From positions 1 through 27,677 of the IMG/VR virus record IMGVR_UViG_3300020044_009142: DNA of 27,677 nt, one strand, 5' to 3'. The stretch is from a virus (taxonomy: Duplodnaviria; Caudoviricetes). Shown here one piece after another: positions 17,071 to 25,919 of this stretch. The notes under the pieces were generated by a model, which saw only the letters and a program-made list of their open reading frames with translations, was not told where the DNA came from and did no database searches. Every line of letters starts with the position of its first letter. Position 1 is the stretch's first letter. The translations under genes were made by a program, and so were the position numbers.

Positions 17071-18358
17071 CAATCGCCCGGTGGAAACTCGTCGCCTGCG
17101 GTGACACGCAAACTCCGGAGAACCAGTCTTTGAGCAGCAACCCCTGCAGGGATTTCACCCGCGACACTGCGACGTATGCCTGACCAGGTTCCCGGGCTGC
17201 GCGGATGTCGATCAGCGCCGACTCAAGCGTCAGTCCCTGCGACTTATGGATCGTGGCTGCCCACGCCAACCGCAGTGGGAACTGCCGAAACTCAGCGGTG
17301 CCTTTTTGCGACGGGTCGAATTTCCACGTGTTTATTTTGATTTCGATCACCTTTCCGGCATCCAACAGCAAAGATACGCAGTTTTTCTGCACATCTACCA
17401 CGGTGCCGATCTCGCCATTGGCTGCCAGCATCCCGTCTGGGTCGTCAGGATCCCGCAGGTTTGCCGTGACCATCGCCCGGGCATTGACCTTCAGCAGCAG
17501 GCGCTCAGGCGTGATCAGGTTCTTCTTGAGAAACTCGACGTCGTATTTATTGCCGCTGGTTTCGGCCACCAGCACGTGCTCAGGCGTCTCGAGCGTCCCA
17601 AGCTGATACGTGTTCCACTTATCGACCTGCACGTTGTGGGTGAACAGTCTGAGGACGTTTGCAGGGGGGAACAGTGCGACCCTCTTCTTGAGGATTGAAG
17701 CACCATCCTTGGTCACAGTTCCTTCCCGAAACTGGTTGAGAACAGAGATGAAGTCTGGGTCGTCCTGACGGTGGATTTGCCGCAGCGTGACGTGCCGGAA
17801 GTCGATGCCTCGCCACGAATCGCAGGCAAACGCCCAGTCATACAATCCGCTTTTGCTGACCGGGGGAAGCTGCAAGAAGTCTCCGACCGCAATCACTTGG
17901 ATCCCTCCCATTGGTCGGTCGTCACCTCGGACCTGCCGGCAAACGTAATCCACGAAATTGAGGATCTTGCCCGGCAACATCGAGACCTCGTCGATGATCA
18001 GGATCTGGGTGCCGCGAATGCGTCCCATAGTCGCCTGCCAGTGCAGACCCTGCGACTGCATGTGCCGAAAGTAGTCCTCGAATGACTGACCATCTTTCGG
18101 ACCGATGCCGATGCCTGCCCAGCGGTAAACCGTCGAGGTGTTGACGTCCTCGCCGAACATCGACGACAGCTTGTCGCGCAGGTTGAGCGCCGCCACCCCG
18201 GTTGTCGCGCATACCTTCAGCGACCGGGCACCGAGGCGTCGGCGGATGATCTCGACGGTAACCGAGGACTTCCCAGTGCCCGCCGGACCAGTGATGAACA
18301 CCGAGTGCCCTTCGTTCACCTTGCCAATGGCAAGCAATTGATCTTGGTCGAATTTCAT
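17060..18358 (-). CDS. Pif1/RecD-like SF1B DNA helicase
   Basis: GPAGTGKS, ATTGVAA, IIDEVSM, GDFLQLPPV, RQDDPDFISVLNQFREG, QFPLRLAWAATIHKSQGLTL and GQAYVAVSR motifs. Confidence 0.92.
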   Translation of the reverse strand: MKFDQDQLLAIGKVNEGHSVFITGPAGTGKSSVTVEIIRRRLGARSLKVCATTGVAALNLRDKLSSMFGEDVNTSTVYRWAGIGIGPKDGQSFEDYFRHMQSQGLHWQATMGRIRGTQILIIDEVSMLPGKILNFVDYVCRQVRGDDRPMGGIQVIAVGDFLQLPPVSKSGLYDWAFACDSWRGIDFRHVTLRQIHRQDDPDFISVLNQFREGTVTKDGASILKKRVALFPPANVLRLFTHNVQVDKWNTYQLGTLETPEHVLVAETSGNKYDVEFLKKNLITPERLLLKVNARAMVTANLRDPDDPDGMLAANGEIGTVVDVQKNCVSLLLDAGKVIEIKINTWKFDPSQKGTAEFRQFPLRLAWAATIHKSQGLTLESALIDIRAAREPGQAYVAVSRVKSLQGLLLKDWFSGVCVSPQATSFHRAIARQ

Positions 18359-18558
18359 AGGTCGTGTCTGTGTTTGCGTGCACCGTGTATAATGCCATTG
18401 ATCATCCGGTTCTCGGAGTCGTCGTAACGTCGATCATCGTATGGATCAGGAACTGGGTCCTCGGTTTCATCCTCGTCCTCACGTGTCCGGCATAGCGGAC
18501 AGGTAGAGTCATCGCTGGGCCAATCTCGACTACCGCAGAGCGTGCATGCAAAATTCAT
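18355..18558 (-). CDS. Small zinc-ribbon protein
   Basis: CTLC...CPLC followed by an acidic tract; ATGA-coupled to the helicase. Confidence 0.7.
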   Translation of the reverse strand: MNFACTLCGSRDWPSDDSTCPLCRTREDEDETEDPVPDPYDDRRYDDSENRMINGIIHGARKHRHDL

Positions 18559-18713
18559 AGTCCGATGATTTTCCTGATGGTTAGGAACGGTGCCTTGATT
18601 GCATCAATTCGGCGCTGGCGTAATCGCGCACGTTCTGCTCGAGCACCGATTAACTGGGTGATTTCATAAGTGAGGACTGGATCTCGTCCGATAATTCCAA
18701 TTTCAATTTTCAT
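18555..18713 (-). CDS. Hypothetical protein (52 aa, MKIEIGIIGRDPVLTYEITQ...IRKIIGL)
   Basis: Not in the ORF track; fills the gap, overlaps the rusA stop and is ATGA-coupled downstream. Confidence 0.6.
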   Translation of the reverse strand: MKIEIGIIGRDPVLTYEITQLIGARAERARLRQRRIDAIKAPFLTIRKIIGL

Positions 18714-19161
18714 TTTCTGATATGGTCATGATTGTTAGTATGCATCCTGCTCTTTTGTCAAAAGACCATGATTTGGTGATCTCGAGGATCACGACTTGAG
18801 AGTCGTCACCCCAGACATTGAGCACTGTCAGCGCATCTAGCACAGCCTTTGCGAGGTTGTCGGCATCAGGCTTTTTCGCAAAATACCGCTTTGGTGATGC
18901 TGGCTTGAGATCTTTTCCATTCGTGCGAAAGTGACTTTTTGGTCGGTCCATGAAAAAATACAACGAGACCTTGAGGCAACCTTGCAGATTCATGCCGTGC
19001 AGCTTCTTGGTTTGCCCAGCAATGTCTCCCTTCCATGCTTCTGCGGTGCCGGGGTCATACATCCGCGCCTTGCCATTGCTGGCAAACGCACGGGCGCGGG
19101 GCTGGGCCTTGGGTGCGCCAAAAATAGCGCCCTCAAAAATTGTGGTGAATTTTGCGATCAT
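18703..19161 (-). CDS. rusA: RusA-family Holliday junction resolvase
   Basis: PKAQPRAR, KPDADNLAKAVLDAL and WGDDSQV; start revised to the ATG at 19161 (ATGA overlap). Confidence 0.92.
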   Translation of the reverse strand: MIAKFTTIFEGAIFGAPKAQPRARAFASNGKARMYDPGTAEAWKGDIAGQTKKLHGMNLQGCLKVSLYFFMDRPKSHFRTNGKDLKPASPKRYFAKKPDADNLAKAVLDALTVLNVWGDDSQVVILEITKSWSFDKRAGCILTIMTISENEN

Positions 19162-19412
19162 AGAAGCCCTTTCCATTTTGCAATCTCCCGGGAAAACTGA
19201 GTCTGCAGCGAGTAAAACCAATGGATCTGATCGACCGTCAGCGAGAATGAATTCCAGTCGTCTTCATTCATTCCTGCGATCGCCTCGAGCATTGCAATCT
19301 CCATCCCGGTCAGGACGTGGTGCGAGGTATCGAGAATTGCACGGGCGATGTCCGAAGCTTCCTGTTCCTCGTCCATCGCGACGTTGAACTTGCGTGGGAT
19401 GCTGATGTTCAT
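19158..19412 (-). CDS. Hypothetical protein (start MNISIPRKF)
   Basis: ATGA overlaps on both sides; start revised from 19598. Confidence 0.7.
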   Translation of the reverse strand: MNISIPRKFNVAMDEEQEASDIARAILDTSHHVLTGMEIAMLEAIAGMNEDDWNSFSLTVDQIHWFYSLQTQFSREIAKWKGLL

Positions 19413-20152
19413 CGGGTCGAGACTACGGGTTTGCGGAATGCGCGGATGTTGAGGAGCGAAGCGGCGGCAGCGACGTCTTCGTCTGCCGCTTCCAATTCCC
19501 GGAACCATGACAGCACGGCTGCCCGCTTGATTTCCAAGCTGACCAATTCTGGTGCTGAACGCAGGACGCTGGCGATGTCGATCACCTCGAAATCCCACGC
19601 GAATCTGACACCGTCGGCAACCTTGGTGGCTGCGAGGTCGCTTGATGCGTCCATGCGGGCAGCCAGCGTGTCTTGACGGGCCTGCTCGGCCTTCTTGGCG
19701 GCAATTATGTCACCGATCTTACCTGACGCTTCAGCGGCGTCCTGTGCGGCTTCTGCGGCTTCTCGAGCAGCGCGGGCAATGTCGAACGCGATGCGCTCTT
19801 CCTCGGCCTTGGCGGCAGCGATCCGGGCAACCTCTGTAGCGTGCCCGCCAATCAGTCCCCGGATCCGAGATTCCTCGTCATCGATCTCGGCGAGAAAATT
19901 TTTTGCCGTGGCGTCGATCAGTTTCCCGATCCGTAGCACGGGTTCTTTGATTTCTTTCCTCGACTTATCGACTGCGATCCTCATCGCAGCCAGCGACCGC
20001 AAATGGCAGGCTGCGTCGGCAGACTCGTCGTTCGACCGGACGTGCTGCACTCCTCGAGCAATGTCGAGCAACTTGGCTTTTTGGATTTCTGCTTCTGGGG
20101 TGATTGTGAGAGCATAGCCCTCACCCGATAGTATCAGTGTTTCTGTGTTCAT
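19409..20152 (-). CDS. Coiled-coil hypothetical protein of the recombination module (start MNTETLIL)
   Basis: Long Ala/Glu/Arg helices, RKEIKEPVLRIGKLID and C-terminal WDFEVID; start revised to 20152. Confidence 0.7.
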   Translation of the reverse strand: MNTETLILSGEGYALTITPEAEIQKAKLLDIARGVQHVRSNDESADAACHLRSLAAMRIAVDKSRKEIKEPVLRIGKLIDATAKNFLAEIDDEESRIRGLIGGHATEVARIAAAKAEEERIAFDIARAAREAAEAAQDAAEASGKIGDIIAAKKAEQARQDTLAARMDASSDLAATKVADGVRFAWDFEVIDIASVLRSAPELVSLEIKRAAVLSWFRELEAADEDVAAAASLLNIRAFRKPVVSTR

Positions 20153-20301
20153 TGGATAAATTTTTGTTTGTCGGTTGGTGTGATGTGTCCGGTGCAGATG
20201 CAGCACCCGGAAAGGAGCAGGCGGCAGGCGTGGCGGTAGCAGTGGTCGCAGTGCCCAGCCGGGCAAGGCTTGTCGCGCAGCGCTTTTGCCGCCGCCGCCA
20301 T
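20149..20301 (-). CDS. Possible Cys/His-rich miniprotein (50 aa)
   Basis: MAAAAKALRDKPCPAGHCDHCYRHACRLLLSGCCICTGH...; its stop overlaps the next ATG; start uncertain. Confidence 0.5.
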   Translation of the reverse strand: MAAAAKALRDKPCPAGHCDHCYRHACRLLLSGCCICTGHITPTDKQKFIQ

Positions 20302-20315
20302 CTTGTCCCGAATGC

Positions 20316-20708
20316 TCAGAACGGGTGATTTTCCGGGCGCTTTGTTTGCGGGTGCTCGATGTATTGGATCCGGTGCAGCAGGATTAATGGTGCCACCAGA
20401 CCCTTGGGCTGAATTGCTATCCACGCTTGTTCCGGATCCTCCGGATCGTTCGTGATTACCAGTTCGCTCGCGAATGAGTTGAGTGCCTGATGCCACGTTG
20501 CCGGCGCTGGAAGGGCACCCACTGGAGTCATGTCCACTGCCTGACCTTGTGGCACCGATAGCGTGCGTTCTTCGTAGTAATCGACTGGCGGCGCTGGCTG
20601 CGGCGCTGGATTCGGATTGCTGGTGGATAGGACCAGCCCCCGGGCCTTTCCCAATCGGGCATTGTTACGGGCAGCAGTTTGGGCTGCAATTTTTTCTGAA
20701 ATGGTCAT
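20316..20708 (-). CDS. Hypothetical protein
   Basis: 130-aa ORF, co-oriented within the operon. Confidence 0.7.
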   Translation of the reverse strand: MTISEKIAAQTAARNNARLGKARGLVLSTSNPNPAPQPAPPVDYYEERTLSVPQGQAVDMTPVGALPAPATWHQALNSFASELVITNDPEDPEQAWIAIQPKGLVAPLILLHRIQYIEHPQTKRPENHPF

Positions 20709-20788
20709 TTGATTCTCGGTTTGAAAATGCCCCGTCTCTCCGGGGTGTCACGGTGCTGAAAATCGATCACCGTTTCGATCCCTGCCGA

Positions 20789-21532
20789 TCAGTAGTCGGC
20801 AGCAGGTTCTTCGCCAAGGTAGCCTTTGACTTCTAGCAGCGCCGCGATCAACTCGCGATCTGCCTTCAATGGTTTCGGCAACGCCTGACCGACTGGCAGC
20901 CACTTCGCGATCAGGGCGCGGACTGCCTCCTCGGCGAGGTCGCCAAGGTCAACCCCGGCATGAGCGCCGACGTGCACCTTCACCTTTTGCCAGTCAAGGC
21001 GACCTTCCTCTTCCTTGGCTGCAGGCACCTTCTTGTAGCCTGCCTGCTCGCCACCACCAGCGCCGGGACCTTCCACTGCATCCCGATCCTTGACCCGCTT
21101 GTAGTTGCCACTCGCCACAATCGGAGTGCCGCTCTTGTGAGGACCGACGAACGAGATGGTGCAATACGTCTGTCCGTTTTGAGCCAACTCATGCTGCACA
21201 ATGAGCGAGACCGGAGTGCCAATGAGACCCTCGGTATCGAACTCCGCAAGCTCGAGTGCGGTGAGGTCGCGTCCAAGAATCTTTTTGAGATCCTTGCGGA
21301 ATGTCGCCTTCTCATTGAGAGACGGCGTGTAACCACGTGACCAGACGCAATAGCGACGACCATCTGCATTCTCAACCTCGGTCTCATAAACGATGCGGAA
21401 TTCTTCCCGCTCGCCGTATTGTGTAGTCCGCAATTTGAGTGGTGTCAGATCGACGATCACTCCCTTCACGGTTCCTTCGGTTTCTGGGTGCTGAGTAAAT
21501 TCGCCACCGCCTCTTTTTTCGCTTAGTTTCAT
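20789..21532 (-). CDS. NGO0469-like replication / ssDNA-binding-type protein
   Basis: GGGEF..HPE...IVDL...YTPSLNEKATFRKDL..ILGRDLT..EL..FD.EGLIG...LIVQH pattern and an acidic EEPAADY tail. Confidence 0.65.
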   Translation of the reverse strand: MKLSEKRGGGEFTQHPETEGTVKGVIVDLTPLKLRTTQYGEREEFRIVYETEVENADGRRYCVWSRGYTPSLNEKATFRKDLKKILGRDLTALELAEFDTEGLIGTPVSLIVQHELAQNGQTYCTISFVGPHKSGTPIVASGNYKRVKDRDAVEGPGAGGGEQAGYKKVPAAKEEEGRLDWQKVKVHVGAHAGVDLGDLAEEAVRALIAKWLPVGQALPKPLKADRELIAALLEVKGYLGEEPAADY

Positions 21533-21587
21533 ACGTTTTGTTCTATTTGTTGTTGTTTTGTGTTCCGGGCCGATTTGGCCGAAATTG

Positions 21588-21908
21588 TTATAGCGGAGGC
21601 AAAATCCTCGCCTGTCTGCATCCTGCGTGGATCTGGAGCAGTTGTTTTTCGCTCAGCGAACTAAGCGCAGCAATGATTTTGCGCGACATGGTGTCCGGCG
21701 CATGCACCGTGATCGAAATCGTGTTGTGGTCAATCGTCGCTGAATGAGCGGAATACCCGCACTCCATTGCCTGACGCTGGATTCCAGACCTCATGGTTTT
21801 TGAGACGACGAACTGGTCGCCGACTTTCGCTTGCTCAAGGAAAAATTCCTTCCAATTAATTCGACCGTCTGGGGTGACTGGCATCGTGGCGAGATCGATT
21901 TTATTCAT
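21588..21908 (-). CDS. Hypothetical protein (start MNKIDL)
   Basis: ATG at 21908 lies 2 nt after the upstream stop; start revised from 22001. Confidence 0.65.
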   Translation of the reverse strand: MNKIDLATMPVTPDGRINWKEFFLEQAKVGDQFVVSKTMRSGIQRQAMECGYSAHSATIDHNTISITVHAPDTMSRKIIAALSSLSEKQLLQIHAGCRQARILPPL

Positions 21909-21910
21909 AA

Positions 21911-22036
21911 TTAAAAAATGAAATTCTTGAGTTCTACTAATGCAAAAAGAAATACAATGCCGATGGTTGCGGCGGCAGCCGAAATGATTACTGCCAGCCA
22001 TTCAGGCGGAGTTTTGAGCAGGTCGATGATCTTCAT
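21911..22036 (-). CDS. Small single-TM protein (41 aa, MKIIDLLKTPPEWLAVIISAAAATIGIVFLFALVELKNFIF)
   Basis: ATGA overlap with the upstream stop; one hydrophobic helix. Confidence 0.6.
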   Translation of the reverse strand: MKIIDLLKTPPEWLAVIISAAAATIGIVFLFALVELKNFIF

Positions 22037-22284
22037 GCGTCGAGGAAATTGCGGATGGTTTGGATGTAAGTGCGGATGTCGCGGATGTTCTGCGAGATTT
22101 CCTCGCGCTCCTCGACGGCTTTTTGCCATGCACCGGGGACGACGTAGTAATCGCGGGCATTGAACTCGATGTATTCCCACTTGTCGATGAAGTCGTAAAG
22201 AGCGTAGGCGGCGGCTTGGTAATCTTCTTGAAGAGATCTATGGCTGGTGCCGTTGGAGTGAATGGTTGGCAGTGTGATGTCCAT
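22033..22284 (-). CDS. Hypothetical protein, first gene of the leftward operon
   Basis: 83 aa (PTIHSNGT...FNARDYY) with an A/C-rich leader. Confidence 0.75.
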   Translation of the reverse strand: MDITLPTIHSNGTSHRSLQEDYQAAAYALYDFIDKWEYIEFNARDYYVVPGAWQKAVEEREEISQNIRDIRTYIQTIRNFLDA

Positions 22285-22333
22285 TGGTTTGTTTGGTTCG
22301 GTGTTGCGGTCGCCAGCAGCGGCGACAGGGACA

Positions 22334-22490
22334 AGATTGCAGGTGACGACTGGGGTGTCAAATTTATTTCACATATTTCTCAAATTATTTTCAAACCCTT
22401 CAATTTGCTCGGTTCCATTGCCGGCAATCCGGCCAACATAAGGTTTATTGAGAAAACGCTTGAGTTCCTCGCCCGACACCTGTAGAGGTG
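22334..22490. promoter_or_regulatory. Divergent promoter region
   Basis: Leftward TTGACA (22361-22356)-16-CAATCT and rightward TTGAGT (22460-22465)-17-TAGAGG with an AT-rich centre; lies between two diverging operons. Confidence 0.55.
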
Positions 22491-22528
22491 CCTTTCCTCG
22501 CTTTTGAGCGAGCCAAAACCGACACAAT

Positions 22529-24949
22529 ATGAGCAAACCAACCATCGCCGAGATCATCGCGGCACAACGAAACAAGCAACTGGCAGCACCCCCGTCAACC
22601 GAGGCACCGCTGATCGACTACTACGAAAACGCCGAGGCCCGAGAGGCCCGGCAAACCACGACCCTCGACCAGATCATCAAGGCAATCCGCTTAGGCGACT
22701 TTGCCGCACCCATGAACCAAGTGCGGGAATTCTGCGCCGCCGGGGACACCAAGGCAGCGGCGCTCGCCAAAAAGGCACTTCCCGCAGTGTCATTGTCAGG
22801 CACCACCAATGGGCTGCGAAAATCTGCCGTCGCCGACGACCGATTCACCCACTCCGGGTTCCTGCAGGTGGACATCGACGGCAAGGACAACCCGGACCTG
22901 ACGCTCGATCAGATCCGGCAGGTGCTCGTCGCCGACCAGCGGATCGTCGCGGTATTCATCTCGCCATCCGGCAACGGCATCAAGGGAGTCGCCCGGATCC
23001 AGCCATATGCCATTTGGCACAAGGCATCGTTCCTCGCGGTCGAGCGCCACTTCGCCACCGAGCACGGCATCGTCATCGATAAGTCGTGCAAGGACCCAGT
23101 GCGACTGTGCTTCCTGAGCTACGACCGAGACGCATGGATCGACGAGTCACGCACCGAGGTCTTCGCGCCGCTCACCGAAGACGCTGCCGAGGCACTCGAG
23201 CTTGAGCCACGTCGTCGAGCAGAGGTCAGCACCGAGTGGCAGAAGCCAACGCCGAACCGTGTTCTCCGGGCATCGACCACCGTCACCGCCGACGGGCGCA
23301 TGATCCTCCACGACACGTCGATTGCGCTATCGCTCGACGACCTGCGCGAGATGATCGATTGCATCCCGCGCCCGGACTATCAGGACTGGATCGAGATCTG
23401 CTCAGCAGCGTGGAATACGTTCGGCCAAGATGCCACCGAGGTGCTGCAGTCAGCGTGGCCCGAGGTCGAGCCGGGCGAGTATGCCAAGAAGTTCATTCAC
23501 CGACTGCAGGACTTCAAGCAAGGGACACTGTGGCACCACGCCCAGAACAACGGCTGGAAGCCGGGAAAGCACCTGCGGGAGCAGATTAATGCAGCCAACT
23601 CAGTTGCAGCGGCGCTCACTCCCCCGCCCCCATACACCTACGGATCCACCATCAGGTCGTTCGCATCCGGTGACCTATACTACGATGGACCCAGCGGGAA
23701 ATACCTGATGCAGGTCGGCAAGGCATTTCACACGTTCTCACGCAAGGCACCCATCGTCACCGGGATCACCCGGAACCTCGCACCGCTCTACACCGATGCC
23801 AAGGACCTGAAGATCGCCGTGGCTTCGTCCATCGCGTCCCGGGAGATCGATGGCAGCGTCCAGTGGTATGGATCCATCGCCGGGCACAAGATCGGTATTA
23901 TCAACGACTCGTCCGGCTTGCCGATCCTGATCACGTCCGAGCCAGTGCAGCCAACACCCGTGCACGGCGCATTCCCGATCATCGACAAAATCATCAACGA
24001 GGCATTCCCTAACGACACCGCGCTCGAGGTCTTCATGGGCTGGCTCAGTTCCCGATACAAGTCGGTGGCTGCAGCCAAGCACGTCCCAGCACCCATGCTG
24101 GTCCTTGCAGGCGAGATCAACTCAGGCAAGTCACTGCTCGCATGGATCGTCGCGGAGATGCTCGGTGGGCGCACCGCCAACCCGTGGTCGGCATGGAGTG
24201 GCAACAGCCTGTGGAACGATGACCTGATCGGTGCCGAGTTGCTCCTCATGGACGACTGCGCCGGCAACCCGGACATCCGGGCACGCCGGGCATTCGGCGC
24301 TGCATTCAAGGAGGCGATGTATCCCCACATCGTGCAGCTACGGAAGCGCAACGTCTCAGCCGTCAGCGTGCGCCCAGTTTGGTCGGTGCTGGTCTGCTGC
24401 AACGACACGCCCGAGGCACTCAACGTCATCCCGCCGCTCGACCCGGACGTCGCCGACAAGATCGCTCTGCTACACGTCCGAAAGGTCAACGTCCCAGTCG
24501 ATACCTCCACGGCATACGGTCTGCACCAATTCCAACAGATGCTGAAGGCTGAGATGTCCGCATTCGCTCAGGTGCTGGTCGATTGGCAGGTCCCGGCAGA
24601 ACTTCGCGACTCACGGTCGGGCATCGTAGCATGGCGAGACCCAGACCTGCTTGGCAAGGTTGATGCCACATCACCCGAGAAGGCGCTCCTCGAGCTTCTA
24701 CGCATCGCCACAGACTCCACAAGCAACCGCTACGACATCTGGAACGACTTGCCGTGCGACCTGTCTGCCATCGAGGTGCAGGCACGGTTACTCCAACAGT
24801 CGTCAGTCGTCAAGACACAGGCTCAGCAGCTTCTCAGCTACTCGAGCGCCTGCGGAGTGTATCTGCAGAAACTGTCACGCAGCGCCGAATCAGGGATTTC
24901 GATAGCTGTGAAGAAAAACAATTCAAACCAATATCGCATCGATTTATGA
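22529..24949 (+). CDS. Primase-helicase: VirE-N/BT4734-like primase domain + PriCT-2 + P-loop (SF3/DUF5906-like) domain
   Basis: KKALPAVSLSG, HSGFLQVDID, FISPSGNGIK, DKSCKDPVRLCFLSYD; DYQDWIEI; Walker A GEINSGKS, Walker B LLLMDD and VCCN sensor-like motif. Confidence 0.85.
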   Translation: MSKPTIAEIIAAQRNKQLAAPPSTEAPLIDYYENAEAREARQTTTLDQIIKAIRLGDFAAPMNQVREFCAAGDTKAAALAKKALPAVSLSGTTNGLRKSAVADDRFTHSGFLQVDIDGKDNPDLTLDQIRQVLVADQRIVAVFISPSGNGIKGVARIQPYAIWHKASFLAVERHFATEHGIVIDKSCKDPVRLCFLSYDRDAWIDESRTEVFAPLTEDAAEALELEPRRRAEVSTEWQKPTPNRVLRASTTVTADGRMILHDTSIALSLDDLREMIDCIPRPDYQDWIEICSAAWNTFGQDATEVLQSAWPEVEPGEYAKKFIHRLQDFKQGTLWHHAQNNGWKPGKHLREQINAANSVAAALTPPPPYTYGSTIRSFASGDLYYDGPSGKYLMQVGKAFHTFSRKAPIVTGITRNLAPLYTDAKDLKIAVASSIASREIDGSVQWYGSIAGHKIGIINDSSGLPILITSEPVQPTPVHGAFPIIDKIINEAFPNDTALEVFMGWLSSRYKSVAAAKHVPAPMLVLAGEINSGKSLLAWIVAEMLGGRTANPWSAWSGNSLWNDDLIGAELLLMDDCAGNPDIRARRAFGAAFKEAMYPHIVQLRKRNVSAVSVRPVWSVLVCCNDTPEALNVIPPLDPDVADKIALLHVRKVNVPVDTSTAYGLHQFQQMLKAEMSAFAQVLVDWQVPAELRDSRSGIVAWRDPDLLGKVDATSPEKALLELLRIATDSTSNRYDIWNDLPCDLSAIEVQARLLQQSSVVKTQAQQLLSYSSACGVYLQKLSRSAESGISIAVKKNNSNQYRIDL

Positions 24950-25230
24950 AACACAAAACACCGCTAAAAATAGAGTTGCCACCGACACCTGAAACCGACG
25001 ACGCGTTTGCCATCCGGCACAACCAGACGTGCACCATCGCCCACTTCCGACAGGTCATGGAGAAGATGGAACGTGAGCGCGATGCCGCCCTGCAGGCGCT
25101 CAAGGACGCAGGCAAGCCCACAGTCGCCAAGATCCCAATGGTGATCGAGGACATTGGAGGCGAGGACGCGACAGAGTGGGAGAAGCATTCAATCCACTCC
25201 CAGCATGTGAACAAAACAAGTGAGACATGA
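24946..25230 (+). CDS. Hypothetical TPETD/ERERD-motif protein (start MKHKTP)
   Basis: ATGA overlap with the primase stop; start revised from 24754. Confidence 0.7.
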   Translation: MKHKTPLKIELPPTPETDDAFAIRHNQTCTIAHFRQVMEKMERERDAALQALKDAGKPTVAKIPMVIEDIGGEDATEWEKHSIHSQHVNKTSET

Positions 25231-25269
25231 ATCGCCGGACTCGGCTGACCGAATGCGAAAGGAACAAAA

Positions 25270-25590
25270 ATGAACACTGACCAACAAAGAATCGCCATCG
25301 CGCTGGACGATTTAGCTGAACGACTGGATTTTCAGGAGAAACTTAACCGCGAGTGTATTGACCAGATTGCAACTATGACCGACCAGCGAGACGCTGCGAT
25401 GCAGTGTCACGAATGGTGCAGGAAAGACCGCAAACGCATCATCGAAGAACTCATCAAAGTCACCGAGCAGCGGGACAGCCTAGCTGAGGCTTTGATTAAA
25501 GCGTGTGCCAACATGTTCAAACTCGGCAACTGGTATCGAGAAGCTCAAGACGCCATTACGGAATGGAAGGAGGCTCGCTGTGAATCCTGA
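25270..25590 (+). CDS. Hypothetical coiled-coil protein
   Basis: 106 aa; QRIAIA N-terminus and repeated T(D/E)QRD. Confidence 0.7.
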   Translation: MNTDQQRIAIALDDLAERLDFQEKLNRECIDQIATMTDQRDAAMQCHEWCRKDRKRIIEELIKVTEQRDSLAEALIKACANMFKLGNWYREAQDAITEWKEARCES

Positions 25591-25897
25591 AGCACAACGG
25601 ATCGCCATTGCGAAAGCGAAAGCCGCGTTAGGTCCATGGGAAGTGATCGACCGAATCCGATGCGAGCGCGACGAGATTCGCGCCCAGCTGCGCGAGGAAC
25701 AACAACTGCACACCCAGACGCTGAACGAGCGTGACGAACTCGCCGGGTATCTCTGCCGGATAAAGCTGCCTCTATCGGTGCGATTTGTCGCGAATCTTGC
25801 GGACGTGTTCCCCGGAAAGAATGTCCGCATGAAGGACGTGGATGGATACCTCTGCATTTTCTCTGTGAACGCAATAACTGAGGGACCGGCAGCGTGA
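25580..25897 (+). CDS. Hypothetical protein (start GTG, MNPEAQRIAIAKA)
   Basis: GTG at 25580 preceded by AAGGAGG; start revised from 25505. Confidence 0.65.
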   Translation: MNPEAQRIAIAKAKAALGPWEVIDRIRCERDEIRAQLREEQQLHTQTLNERDELAGYLCRIKLPLSVRFVANLADVFPGKNVRMKDVDGYLCIFSVNAITEGPAA

Positions 25898-25919
25898 GCG
25901 GACTGAAAACACTGAACCT

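Noticed and set aside
22369-22575. 68-aa - strand ORF in the divergent gap
   Set aside because: Overlaps the primase start and both promoter candidates; likely spurious.
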